A stretch of DNA of 64,000 bases. It comes from Owenia fusiformis (Eukaryota). The notes beneath the pieces are model-generated. The model was given only the letters and a program-made list of their open reading frames with translations. It ran no database searches and was not told where the DNA came from. Below, piece by piece: positions 12,101 through 40,100 of this stretch. Made by a program: the position numbers and the translations under genes. How positions within the stretch are numbered: position 1 is the first letter of the stretch; each line of letters begins with the position of its first letter. The stretch covers positions 27,218,001 through 27,282,000 of the forward strand of contig CAIIXF020000001.1 in the NCBI GenBank assembly GCA_903813345.2, given 5' to 3'.

Positions 12101-15100
12101 AGTTGCAATTGTGACGTCAGCGGGCAATAGTTCAAATGTATATTCCCGCTGACGTCACATTTGAGGGAATATAACTTTCCCAGGGAAATAGTAAATCTAT
12201 TTCGGAACACGTGACTAGGTATTGACCAATCAGGATTAGTGTTACATATTGGGTATATAATAAATATAAATGTCAAAGTACATAACACTTATACGAGGGT
12301 TAATCCAAAAGTTCCGAACGGTTGTGGCCAAATATGAACAATATTCATAAAGTATTAAGACTTTTAGAGCAAACAGTTTGGAACTTTTGAATCAACCCTC
12401 GTATATTGGCCTTGTCCCTTAATGAATCAATCAAGAGGCCCCTACCTGGTGACAGAGCTAACCCACTTCCACTGAGATCTTTCTCTAAATTGTTGGTTAT
12501 TTGAGTGAAGTCCTCATCATTGCTGTCCACATCAGTTCCCATTCCCTGTGAACCATCTAAGCGATCAGCCACATCTGCCTCTTCAAGTATTTCAAACTTC
12601 ATCACTGATGGCATTTCTGGAATAACAGAAAGATAACATGTGATGTTTTAACCATTTTTTGACCATACTCATTGAGCTAATGTTACATGTGAACAGTATC
12701 AAAATTGCATCGTTGGTGGAATTTCTGGAACACTTCAGATTTTGCTTTTTCAGGCTTTATGTTTTCAGCTATGGTAACACAATCTCCCTTCCTAAATACA
12801 ATACCTGATATATCTCTTAATTTCAATGAATATGCCATTTATCAAAAGGAATGATTCCAGGTTTGACTTTTTGTAATTTGTCATTTGTAAAAGGCTTTGT
12901 CTTCTCTCACCTGTATCACCAGTAGGTTCAAGAGGAGGCATTGGTTTCTGAGGGCGGATATTTTTCTTGGCATTTTTCTTCTTCTTTCCCTTCTTTGGAG
13001 GCCGAGTGAGAGCTGAAGGTTTGGTTTTCTTTCGTGGCTTTTTAGCTTTCGGTTCAACATTTTTGTTATAGTTGTCCTGGAATTAAAGGAAATTCTTTTT
13101 TTAATTTGCAATAAACAGCTAATATTGATTTGCATTAAGAACAGTGAAGGGTTTTATTAACAATTGTTTTATATGTTCATTCAGTGACTCTTACATATTG
13201 GCAACATGATTTTACTTCTATATTTATTCATCTTGGTCAAAAAGGCTTAGAATAGCAGCTGGTAACGATAGGAAATATTTCCACAGCGTTAAAATTAATT
13301 CACATTAAATAGGAAGTTATTAACTGTATATGCAGGTCTCTCCCCAGAAAAGTTTTAGACCCCGGATTTTTTGCTGTATTGCGACTACTTTTCCCCCATG
13401 TGAAATCAGTCAGTGGCATTCAAGTCTTCTAGAAGTCCCTTTTTGTTTGACCTTACATTTGACCCTAATTTCAAAAAAATATAAAAATTAAAGTTAAACT
13501 TACAGCTTTTGCAGCATGCTCAGGACATAGCGGCAGTTCATGTTTATAATCAAATACAGGCACACAGCATTGAGTATTGTCCGAAAACTTAGCTGTACAA
13601 TAGTCAAATAACTGCTGGTCCACATTGTACATGATATCTATAGTGGTTGTTAAGAAAATCATAAGTAGTACTACAAATTAGAAACAACTATCATTTATCT
13701 TTGATTGACTTAATGACTTATTTTTTGAAATGATCTATATTAGACACACAATTATTTCTGGCTAGATTTGCCCGACCTTTTTTTTCGATCTCCTAATACT
13801 AATTTTCAATACTTGCTTCATTCCTGTTTTACTATTCTTACGCAACTTAGTAAGAACATTGCAGTATGAGGGGGGTTTTAATGAACTTGAATATGGACCC
13901 TGAATATCAAATGTAAATGTAAAATATTTGAAATGAAATATTTTGTACGGCAAGGATACGTTGAATACAGTGATTCGTCATGGGTAAAACTATATTGGTA
14001 CATTGCACATCATTGTCCCCTTTATAACAGCATTTCCTCTTCATCATTCTATGAAGCTTATGTCTGAAACACACAATGTAAAAATGTTATAAAAACATGT
14101 AAATAATAAACATGTAATAAAGCCTCTTAGCAGTCTCTATAACTGAACACTGTTGAACTCTTCAGGGAAATTCGTACTTCAGAAATATGACCAAATGAAT
14201 GGGGTTTGTTTAATTATCTTAAATAATTGACAATTACTTCAGGGGGATTTCTAAACTATTAAAAAGTTTGAAGTAAAGGATAACTGTGATGGACATTAAC
14301 TGTTATATACTAATTCATAGGATAAATAAGACGACAGCTCTTGTTAGCATAAATCTTTTTACATAACAGAAATAAACTTCAAAGATTTGGTTTCATTATA
14401 ACTTACATCAAGCCCCTTTATTCCCCTAATTTTGAGCTGAGAAGAGGGATGATGACTCGAGGCTTGATGCAAGACTATTCCAGTTACAGGGTGAACCTAC
14501 CTATCAACTGGCTTCTTTGTCCGGCCTGATATTTCAGCCAAAGCCCTGCTGGCCATTTTTGGACTTTCTTTTGCAGCTTGAATCAAAGCAAGTAAGGCCT
14601 TTTTCTTGTACATTCCAAATGTAAGATTAGCCCTTTGAGCTTTTCGCATTTGCATAAAATTTCTCCTGAGCCTTGACCTGACTATACCTATCTTTTGCAC
14701 CCGTAATGGCAAGCTATCTTCCCCATCTCTGCAAAAGAATCATTAGTTTCATTACCATGTAGCTTTAATAGGTGCAAACATGCAGGATTTCATTAAGGTA
14801 CAGGGTGTTTCAAAGAAAGGTAACCCAAGCAACAAATCTTAATGACTCAGTCATCCAGTATGGGTTCAAATTTGGCATAATTGAACCTTGTTCAATATCA
14901 ATTCTATCATTCAAGTTTCATTGGTATCTTTCAAATGGTCTTGATTTAATGGCCATTTTACAAAACATGCTCAAAATGCCTATCTTGTCTTTGGGGGTGA
15001 TCAATCTATTTTCAGCATAGACTTGTCAATAAGTTGCCACATTTTGTCACAAAATAATATCCTGCCTCCTCAATGAAAGTCCAAAGACCAGATTACTATC

Positions 15101-17501
15101 ACTAAATACATTAGAATTTGCTAGCTATTTCTTATGACTGGTTTTTGAATATCATTATTTCTGTGTATTTCCTGATGTTGATTTAATCCTTAATATAAAA
15201 GTACTCACTCTTCCTTTTCATGATCTGAATCAGAATCCTCAGTAAGTGAAGAGAACCAGTATTTCTGTGTTGGTACCTCATCATCTAAACTGCTGTCTGA
15301 ATCAGCTTCATCAAGGTCTGAAATATGAATGAAGATAAAATCAAATAAAAATTGTCACATATAAAATACAAATTACTCCTTTAAATAAAATAAGTTATAG
15401 TGTCTATTAAAAATATGTTCCTGAGCACTTTAATCTCAGCTTTGTTTAGGATATTAATAAATGACTGATTCTAAGTAAACCATGTTTCTAATTCTGTGTC
15501 ACTCCCAAGTCTCAACAATGTCAATATTTAGGCACAAACATTCATAACCTAAAAACTGCATGAAATAAAAAAGTTGAAAAGTATTAATTTCTGCACTGGA
15601 AGTTCCAATTTAGGCAACTTTTCCACATTAAGTAAAAAAAATTATTTTTGTTATTTTGATCAGTTCTTGACATTCTCACAACAGGATGCATATTCTAACT
15701 AATTAAGTGGAAATATGCATTTGCTGCCATATGAGTGCACTCAAATCTTCTGTCAACAAGTGATATTATGAGTAGTGTAACTTCATGAAGTTTTTTGTCA
15801 TACACTACACTGTACTTACCAAAGGGTAGTATGTCAGAATCCATCATTCTCTGACTAGCATAATAAGCATACACTTTGACGGATGATGCTCTTTTCAGTC
15901 TCTTGCTAGCCTCAGGCCCTGATAGAACATTCCTTGGGGGCTGTGGTCTTGTACAGTGAAACGGCAACCTAGCTGCTTGAAAATAAGGAGGTGGGTGATA
16001 AGGGGGTGGGGGTGGGATTCCATCCTGTGGGTGACCCTTAGAGGAACCAGCCTTGGGGTGGGGAGTGGATGTTGATGAACCGTGTAGCCTTGGGTTGGGT
16101 TGTGAAGGTGAACCATCTGATCCAACTTTGCTTGTCAAATTGGAGGATGAACTTGAGGGCAAAGGCGCCACCTTAGAAGCACATGTTGAACTAGGTGGTG
16201 TAATGTGTGGCCCTGGAGATGAAGTAGTAGATAATGACAGCTGATGATGCACACTATTGCCGCTGTCTCCAAATGATTTATCAAGAGAGAACTGATTATG
16301 AGAATAGGGTGACATCTGGCTATATGCTGGAGAGTATGGTGAATGATGTTCAGGTGTTGTTTGATCAGAATTTTGATTTCGTTTTAACTTATCCTTGATT
16401 TTGTTCTGAGCTATTTTGCTTTGCAATCTGTTCATTGTTCGAGAGCTGCTCTTCTGAGTAGTTTTACCTTGTTTGCCAGTGTCTACTTTGTTACGAACTC
16501 GTTCTAATTTTTCAGCCAATTCTGGATATAGTTTAGCCATGGATGAAGTGTTGTCTGGTGTAGGGGGTGCTTGTGGGGTTTGAGGAGGGGTAGCCGGAGG
16601 TTGAACTATAATTTGTTCACCAGCAGGGGATGCTAAATGAGGTTGCACAGCAGGACTAGAAGGTGGAGGTTTAGATACTTCTGACACTGGGTCCTCTGGA
16701 AATGCATATGGGTCATCATTGTCCAAAGAACTGCTAGCAGTCCTTAGCTTATTAAGATTAAACTTGGATTTCAACCTCTCTGCCAACCCATTTCCTGATC
16801 TTTTAACACTTTCCATTGGTATAAATCCTCTTATTGGGTCACACCTTGTTTCTGGACATCCAAAAGAATCATGTCCATTTTCGTGTATTTGCTTAATCAG
16901 TTTTGACTTCATCTTTTCCTGGTTTAAGGTTTTATGATTTTCAAAAGGTCTTGTATCCTTTATTGCATTTCTATGACTAATGTGGTTATCCTGCTTTCCA
17001 TTGGCAGAATCAGACTTCATTTTATCTTTGTCCTTGCGTTCTTTCTTTGGCAGTATACCCAGCACCTGTAAGTGACTGCTACAGTACCTAAAAGTAAAGA
17101 AAAGCTTACACTAATAATTTGTAATCATCTTTCAACAGTTTCAAGAAAAACTTGTATTCATTTAGCAAAACCCTGCTCCTTTATATATACAGTATCAATA
17201 ATTAAACCTTGATTTTTTCCCACAGAAATTTAACTTCAATGCCATACTATGATTTATCAACTCTGATTTATCAATGTACTTACTGTCGTTCTTCATTTTG
17301 TGGTATAGGAGCAGAACACTTTTGTTTCTTATACTTTGCCACATGTGCACATCTCTTGAATGGTGCTGTTTCATCCTCCAGTATATGCCTCACACAGAAA
17401 GCGTAACCATTGAGACGCCTTTGCTTGCAGATCTTAGCACTGTAGGAGCACAAGGGCTTGTTATCTGCCGGTGAGAAGTGAATATTCTTCCCCTCAAACA
17501 T
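9194..17501 (-). CDS. INO80D: INO80 complex subunit D (~1240 aa, 10 coding exons)
   Basis: N-terminus MFEGKNIHFSPADNKPLCSYSAKICKQRRLNGYAFCVRHILED, second C3HC3H finger HIMYNVDQQLFDYCTAKFSDNTQCCVPVFD..LCPEHA, KPRKKTKPSALT and GKNGDFVPTKEETEELE all match INO80D. Exons (minus): 17501-17284, 17087-15820, 15317-15209, 14728-14501, 14063-13960, 13637-13504, 13076-12911, 12616-12446, 10868-10773, 10422-9194. Phases are consistent; total 3723 nt. Confidence 0.95.
10919..11255. mobile_element. Hairpin-ended non-autonomous element (Crypton-like, inferred)
   Basis: 13-bp inverted repeat TATTATTACCACC (10919) / GGTGGTAATAATA (~11132), followed by a ~105-bp near-perfect palindrome 11146-11250 centred on GGGCCTTCGGCCC. 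Confidence 0.55.
11553..12270. mobile_element. Hairpin-ended non-autonomous element (Crypton-like, inferred), opposite orientation
   Basis: ~170-bp palindrome 11558-11728 centred on AGCCGCAGGCT, then TTATTATATACCC (11730) whose inverted partner GGGTATATAATAA lies at 12251. Confidence 0.55.
12294..12401. mobile_element. 108-bp mariner-type MITE
   Basis: TA|CGAGGGTTAATCCAAAAGTTCC ... GGAACTTTTGAATCAACCCTCG|TA. TACGAGGG ends and TA TSD are typical of mariner elements. Confidence 0.8.
13638..13959 (-). other. U12-type (minor spliceosome) GT-AG intron in INO80D
   Basis: 5' site C|GTATCCTTG. Branch sequence TTTTCTTAAC lies ~11 nt before the TAG acceptor with no polypyrimidine tract. Splicing restores the conserved His codon (C|AT). 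Confidence 0.9.
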
Positions 17502-18248
17502 TGTGTTTCTGCTACCTTGTCATTTTATTCTTAGGGATGGTAGTTCCTAAATGCAAGAAATAAACCAGTTAAATTCATTCTGATTAGCATTCAGATTTAG
17601 TCAATTGAGGCCTCTTACATTTGACAGTCACATAAAAATATACTGTTTACCATTCAATAGAATTACCAACATTACTAGTATGAGTAATTTATTTATGGTA
17701 GTATTTATCATTAGAGCAATATCTTGATAGAACAATAAGAGAATGTTCATGCATTTCATACCACATATTTATATAACATATCTTAAATAAAATTGCAATT
17801 TATAGAGGATAAAATGGTTAAAAATAACATTTTTCTGGCTATAGACATGATTGCCTGGTCTAACACCTTCTCTGGTGAACCTATTTCCGAAATATACACC
17901 AGGATCCATTTAAAGTCGATGTTTGAACCTTTAAAAAGTCAAATTTAGACTGGGGATTGAAAAAGTTATATTTTTCTCAGCAGACAAGGAGTAAATTTAG
18001 GAGTCGAGTAAATGGTGATAAAGTTCTTTTTATGAAGCAGGGAAGTCAAAACAGTATATTAATAGAATTCATAGTAAGCATTCGAAGATCATTTAGAACC
18101 ATTTAAAATCGAATCCATGGCAAATTTGAAATAAATTAAATCTTTGTAGGCCTTCTTCCTCACAGACGTCAGAGAAGACACTTCCGGTTTAATAATCGAT
18201 GATTTTATCGCTCAAAAAAATACTTTTCATAAATATCTGCTTAATTAA

Positions 18249-18582
18249 GGTCAGGATGCATGTTTGAAATTTGCTGCAATCCTCAATAGGATCACATGTT
18301 ATTTTGCAGTAATGTACCAAGAAAAGAATGTAAAGAAGAATGTTTTGATAAAATGTATAAAAAACAAGAAATACAGTGAGAAAACTCAAGAAAATTTACA
18401 GAAAATTTTTTCATTGAATTTTCTTGTTTTTTATACATTTTACAAAAAATATCTTCTCACCAGTCTTTTCTAGACACATAAGTGCACTCTTTGTGCAAAA
18501 CTGGAAGGATTGATTCCTGTTTGAAATATAACATGTGACTCAATTGTGGAATGCAGAAATATTCTGAACATGCACCCTGGCC
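18249..18582. mobile_element. Fold-back MITE with TTAA TSD (Kolobok-like)
   Basis: TTAA|GGTCAGGATGCATGTT ... AACATGCACCCTGGCC|TTAA. The imperfect inverted repeat extends through most of the element. RR..YY ends with TTAA TSD fit Kolobok. Confidence 0.65.
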
Positions 18583-19489
18583 TTAAATATGGTTTGCATA
18601 CTTGTGTTTATTGTTAAATTACAAAACAGGTAGGGTAAAGAATATGTCAAAGTCGTTTGATCTCATTCCAGAAGCAATATTTTGTCATTTCCATCGCCTA
18701 GAATTCCTTTAATATCACCAGGAAGTGAAATGGATTCCTAGGACAAGTGCAGTCATCTTAGCTTATACATATTCAATCAATCACATAGTTGAATTACAAA
18801 CTGTGAAAGTCATTGAATCATTCACAACTGAGATTTAGTATTGTTCTGTATTTTTTCCATTACAAAGATCAAAATGGAAAATATATGAAGATCTATTTTT
18901 CAAGATGAGGTGAGATTTTCTTTTTACCGAAATCAAACAAAGTAGAAAACTGATATTCTATTTTCTAACATTTTACAAGTCAGTGCCAAATGTACCACAT
19001 TTCTTAAGTTATCCCCCAGTCACCATAAACAGATAAACCATTCATCCCAAAATCGACAGTCCAGAACCCTGTCCGATTGTGGAGGTCCACAGACAGATAA
19101 ACATGAATTTGTAGTGGGACTAAATTCAACCAATAGAAAAGTAATCATATTTCTTAACTTTGACGAAAGCGTTAGATACAGAGACATAAATTGGTAACTG
19201 GAACACTGAAAGAGTGAAATCAAATTTGATGAGTGAAAATGAAAATATTTTGAAAATATAGAATATAGTTCCTATTTTCTAAATGAATTTTGAATATGTA
19301 GGAAAAAGTTAATGCGACGAGATATATAAATAAGTGGCACATTTGTATCAGGCTCAAAGTAAGCGGCTCCATACAGTCAGATGATGCGTAATTGTCGATA
19401 TATTTTCAAAAGAATGGAAGGCTCATCCAGGAAATTGGAAAATTCATAAAAATGTTATTTCTTCACACGTTGACCATTTTACGCCCCAA

Positions 19490-19660
19490 ACCATACCTCG
19501 TTGGAGAGAGAAAATTACAGGGAACTACTCACCACAACCATATTTTCAAATTATCCAATGATGCTTTGAATAATCCGTATTATTTACATTACAAATGTCT
19601 GCCATCAAAATGGCTGCCTCATTTTCGCGGAGTAATCCTGATAAGAAAACGTGAGTAAAT
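19490..19660. promoter_or_regulatory. Putative bidirectional promoter with first non-coding exons of INO80D (-) and WDR37 (+)
   Basis: Minus-strand donor GAG|GTATGG at ~19497 and plus-strand donor AAC|GTGAGT at 19650/19651 point away from each other. YY1 motif AAAATGGCTGC at ~19607, E2F-like TTTCGCGG at ~19623, local CpG enrichment. Confidence 0.5.
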
Positions 19661-20415
19661 GGTTTATGAATGAAAAGTGAAAAACCTTTTATATGTTATA
19701 CATAATGGAAAAAGCTTATTATTAGCTGCCATTATTTATATGGAAACATTATTCTATAACTTGTGATATAATTAAAATAGAATCGTATTTTTGATTCAAT
19801 TTTTTCTTTGATTTGAGTTGAAGTGTTTGTTTTGATTTGAAAGCGTAGTAATTTATTGAGTAGTTGTGATTGGCTTTGATTGAACTAGTGCCAAAATCCT
19901 GCTATCCTATTGGTTAAAAAATTGGATATTTTAGCCTGTCAATTATCTTTTTACACCATTGACAAAAACTCTTGAAATGCTTCAATTGTATTTAATATTT
20001 ACAAATTAATATTGTAAATGGCATGTAATTTTTATAATTGAATCTGAGGCTGGAATAGACTAATGGAAAACGTTTTTTTCAGTAGATAATCGAGAAATGG
20101 AACAATATAGGATTTATTCTGTGTCTTTAATTTTTGCTTCAGGTGTATTTCTCCCACAATGCATCTTTCTAGGTCAAGTCAATGGCTGATATTTTGGTAA
20201 GGCTAAATTTTATTTCAGTCACTTTTTGATGAAGTTGACACATACAGGTCTTGCTATTTGTGGTATGTTTGTTCATACATGTGTTATCATGCATTTGCTG
20301 TTATGTCACCTATCCAAGTACACATCCTCCCAGATGACATTGTAAGAAAGCATTTATAGTCTAGACTACTTGTTGTTGAATTTGTTTTTGATCAAACTAT
20401 TTTTTTTGAACCCTA

Positions 20416-21241
20416 CTATTTTTTTCATGGCCTGAGTTCGTCGCTAACATGCTAAATATAAGAGTTAGCTGACGTTTGGGAGTCTGACTTACCTTCTAAA
20501 GGTTAGAACCCGAATCTTAATGAAACCATATCACCTTTGTTGCGTCGATGATGATGCATAAACACAGCATTTGATAGAAATTAGTGTAAATGCTTTTCCG
20601 ACTTTTTCATTTTTCATCAATGTTGACTTCCGGGAAGGCCTTGTAGTTATCACGAAATAACGCATTGACCCTTGAACTTTACTTTGTTGACGTGTCAACC
20701 AAGCATGTATGGTGTGAAAATTAAAATAATATTAAGCAATGTTCTACATCCGCCAAGCTAAGTGAAGTAGCCAATATTTAAAATTACCAATTTCAAGTGA
20801 AGTACGCAACGAACGAAACTGCGTGATCTGCACTCCCACTGTTGGTCTGAACGAAATGCTACGTACAAATATGAGCCGTCTGCTGTATTAGTCGATTAAT
20901 AGAGTAAGACCTGTTGGTGATGCTTTATAATTTAGACCAAAACATTGGAGAACAAACGAACCTATAATCGTGAAAACAACGAACAAATATTCGGTTTCCA
21001 CATATGTTCGGTAATTTTTCATATTGAAACTTCCGGAACTTACAAGGAAATCATTCATTTTCACGGTCAATGATTTACCTCTTGGATGTTGTGGCAAATG
21101 CTCCATGGTTGACAGAACAAAGGTGATATGGTTTCATTAAGATTTGGGTTCTAACCTTTAGAAGGTAAGTCAGACTCCCAAACGTCAGCTAACTCTTATA
21201 TTTAGCATGTTAGCGAAGAACTCAGGCCATGAAAAAAATAG
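20416..21241. mobile_element. Non-autonomous Tc1/mariner-superfamily element with ~125-bp TIRs
   Basis: TA|CTATTTTTTTTCATGGCCTGAGTT...CACCTTTGTT is mirrored almost perfectly by AACAAAGGTG...GGCCATGAAAAAAATAG|TA. TA TSD. Confidence 0.85.
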
Positions 21242-21496
21242 TACAGTATGTAGATCTTGATTACTGAGTCTCTAACAGATACAGTGGCCTTAGAAGAAGG
21301 TAAGAAATAGACAGCCTAAAGTGGTGAACATAAATAATGACTAACACTATGAAAAAGTCATTCTGTCACATTTGTCATAAATTCTTACCTCAGTGAATTG
21401 AGTGCTCTATTTTCTCAGTCCCGGAATATACAAATATAGTGGAATTTGTGTCCGACCCTTCAAATGTTGAGATTATTTTGGAGCCCGATTATGCCG

Positions 21497-21599
21497 CAAG
21501 GAGGATTGGCTCCCAGAATACAACATGACACGTGCCAGCTTTCACAGTGGTTTCAACAAAGGTTAACTGATGTTGCATTCTGGGAGTCAATCCTCCTTG
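21497..21599. mobile_element. Small inverted-repeat element (30-bp TIRs, P-like CAAGG ends)
   Basis: CAAGGAGGATTGGCTCCCAGAATACAACAT / ATGTTGCATTCTGGGAGTCAATCCTCCTTG. No TSD recognised. Confidence 0.45.
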
Positions 21600-22288
21600 G
21601 ATCACAAACATTGCAATTCATGAAAACATTCGTTCGATTTGGTAGGAATTTATCCATCATTTGCAGGTATGAAGCTTTGGATTCATTTATTGTATTACTT
21701 AGAGTGAACAGGAATTATTTTTCTACCGCTTGGGAGAGTTTGAGACATGAAACTTAGTATTTAGCTCATTGTGACAACTTTTGATGGTTGAGGTTTATTA
21801 ATGTCTCCGACTGTAAGAGCTAGCCTAGGCCCGAGGCCTAATCTCATTTACAAGTAATCTACAGTCCATTTCACTTTTTCTCTCCGTCAATCAAATCTAA
21901 ATAGCAAGATTTTGAAAATGAATGCTACTGATTATATCGTGCCAGGACTAAGAATCTTTTGCTTGTATGATTACAACATGGGAGAATTTTCTATGCCTCT
22001 TACACTTAAGATACCAACTTCAATAGATTATGCTCCAACCATTTACTAAATCCTGGAAGTTAAATGACAATTGTGCTAGCTTTTATACAGATACCTGGAC
22101 AAAATAACTAATAGATAGTTAGACGCATTCACATGTACTCAACCTCCCTTTTCATCATAAATATTATGTCACAGTGTTCACTCTGTACACTTCAGGTCAA
22201 AAGTGTGGAATACAATTAGACTGCCACAAAATCAACATAATTCACTGAGGGCTCCACTGCATTGATAACTGTGAAGAATTGTGACAAA

Positions 22289-36944
<14,656 letters not shown>

Positions 36945-37020
36945 TGGGAATAAATAGAACGATAACACTTGGGCAATGACATCAGAAAAAATTGACATGA
37001 AGTGAGTGTTCTCAATTTTT

Positions 37021-37192
37021 CAAAATAAAATGAGTGGCGGAAAACATTGATGGAGATTTGTGAGTGGTGTAATGATGGGGCAATCTATAATGGAGCTTAT
37101 CTACAAATCAAAATAAAATGAGTGGCGGAAAACATTGATGGAGATTTGTGATTGGTATAATGATGGGGCAATCACTAATGGAGCTTATCTAC
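37021..37192. repeat. 88-bp-period tandem duplication in the WDR37 3' UTR
   Basis: CAAAATAAAATGAGTGGCGG...GGAGCTTATCTACA at 37021-37104 and 37109-37192. Confidence 0.85.
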
Positions 37193-40100
37193 AGGTACGA
37201 TGAGTGCTGCAAGTTCTATCAGAGTGGTGACATCACCATTTATTTTTGTCTCAAGGAGAACACTGGACCAGGTATAACTCATAGACAGTGCATTGTCAAA
37301 GACAATATTTGATGCAAATGACATACTGCTTATAGTATGAAGATTTTAAAAGACAGTGTATTATGGATGACAATAGAATATAGGAGATTTCAAAAGACAC
37401 TGTAGTTTGCTTGAATATGGCCTCGCAGCATTTTGCAGGCAGTTTAACAGCAGATATAAAAGAATGATACATATAATAAGAACTGGAACTGGAAATATAA
37501 ATGGTAAAAGATGACACGGGAATGGCAGCATCTCAGAAGAATGGAATCTATTTCCAGAGGATTCTTTGAAGGTGTTAGTATTAAAAGATGGGTTTCAGGT
37601 ATATATTATAAACTATGGCATTATGATTAAGTTGAAAATAGAAATAAAAGAACTTTGATTGGTACCTTCAAATAATTATGAAGACCATTCGCTACATACA
37701 TAGTTACTTTGACAAGTTATCATCCAATAGTTTTAATGCCATAACCTTTTCATAAATAAACTGAATAATGAAGAAAAAATAAGATTTAGTCAGACAAAAT
37801 ACCTGTTTCTGGAAGTTTTTGCATTCTGAAACAAAGATAATTACTAAAGGCCTAGCTAGTTAGGAACAAAATAGAGTTTGATAGGAGAAAAATTGTTCTC
37901 TAGTGAGGAAGGGAAATCCAGTTTAAGATATGGACCCCCTCCATCCACCAGTCTATTTGGCCCCAAGATAGATACAGCAATATGATGTAAATATTGTATA
38001 TTCTAGTCAGTTACTGTACTGTAAGTTATTGGACAACTTCAAAAGTCTTTCTTGTTGAAAAGTTAACATAGACAATATTCTTGCCATGGTATATGTATCA
38101 TTGGGGTATTGAATTAAAAGGTAATCACATGTACAATGCGGATTAGCCGAAAAGCTAACACATTGTGATATTGAGTCAACTTCAGGTTGACTTGAATATT
38201 TTAGTGTCAGCACATACAAACGTGTTTACAACTAACAAACTTTCAACAGATTTTGAGCAATGTACATCACTATGGCTATGAATGCCTAATGAGATGTTAC
38301 AAATGCCAACATTTTAAGATTTTGTGAATTATATGTAATCATGACAACGAATAATGGAACTTTGTTACATAGTGATAACTTTTTACTTGGTATTTAGAGA
38401 TGTCATGGTCATATTGACTTGTATTTCACCTAGAGTCATGTTATACCTGTTATAGATGTTAACATATTTTGAGAAATATTTGTAGTTTCAAAATGGCAAT
38501 GCTGTGTACGATTAGGTGGACAATAGTTTTAATGTGTTAAATGCCTTGTTAGACTCTTAATCATTAACGATTATTCCTTAAATATTGATATCATATGCCT
38601 CATTTATATGGCATTTTGTAAGGGAATGCCACTGAGTCTTATAGTGTATAAAACATACAGTATTTTCTGTAAATAAATGGTGAGGGAAAAATAACATGGA
38701 ATATAATGTATTGGGCAGTTACAATTGTACATTTGTATAAATATTTGAAGAATATCAGGTGATGTTTTGTACAGTACAAAACATAACTGCATAGATCTTA
38801 ATGTTGCACATTGGGATTAATCCAGTAGTTTGCCCTGCGAATGGTGAATTCAGATAGTCTTTCGAATAGATTTAATTGTAATATTCTAATCCTCCTTATA
38901 GCTACAGAGATAAATTGAGATAATCTGAGTTTCAATCTTATTCTTATAAATCTTTGAATTCCTTCAAAATACTAGAATTGTATGACATATGATTGTACCA
39001 AAAACCTTCATAAATAATTTTAAAAATCCAAAGATAATCCTGGTGAATAGTATTTTCTTAAATTCATGGCCCCTGAAATGGAATTCAAGATCAAAGAGCT
39101 ATCTAGGGTGACTATTAAGTAATGAACCAGAAAGTTACTGTTCAGTGAGCTCAGGAGAAAGTTGATATTTTCCATAACAGTACAATGTGCAATTCATGTG
39201 TTTATGACTTGTGCAAAATGTTTACTTTAGCCATTGCTTTGTTAATTGTACACATGCATAAGTAAATAAACAAAACTGAATAGATTAGAAAATGAATTTT
39301 ATGTATATATTTATTATTTAAGATCAGTGGTTTGATGAGTCAATGATGATATTGAAACGAAATAATTCTGTTCATGATGATATCATTTCCAAGCACAGGT
39401 GAAATATCATTTGACTGAAATTGCAGCTTGCCTAGTTTGTTTTTAGAAGATTTAAATATAAATGCAATATTGACAATTAAAAGTTAGGGAGATTTGGCTT
39501 ACTATTTTCCACCTATTGTTTTAGGTAAAAGATCTAAAGAAAATGATTTTTGATGATAAAAATGATATTTTACTGTTTTTTCAAAGGTCTCCAGACTCTC
39601 CACACCGTAGAAGTGGGTGGAGCTCTTTCTTAGTTCCTTACATAGTAACAAGAACATCTCTCTTTAAGGAATAAAGACCTAGATTTTATGATTTATGGCG
39701 TCTTCATTAACACATTACCTTAAAGACAACATAACAAGAAATTTAGATTTAAAAAATAATTTCATGATAGCCTTGTATTCAAATTTAATATTTATCAAAA
39801 TGAATTTTTGTTGCAAAATTATTGTGTCCCTCAAAACTCATCTCTTGACCTTTCGCAACACATTTTTTAAAATCAGTTTCCAATTGTTTCCAATTAAGAT
39901 GTAGCTCCACATATTGCCTTTGTTTTGTTTCAGTGAGTTTTTCACTTGAGTATCTTGTTATGTTAAACAATTGGATTTAGATCTGTATGTAAACCTCAAT
40001 TATCTTCCACTTATACTACATCCCGGGATTTTGTGTGTTAGTCAAAAAAATTATACGCCAAAAACATTTCGTGCAGTGTTTTTGGTACCCAAAATATTTC

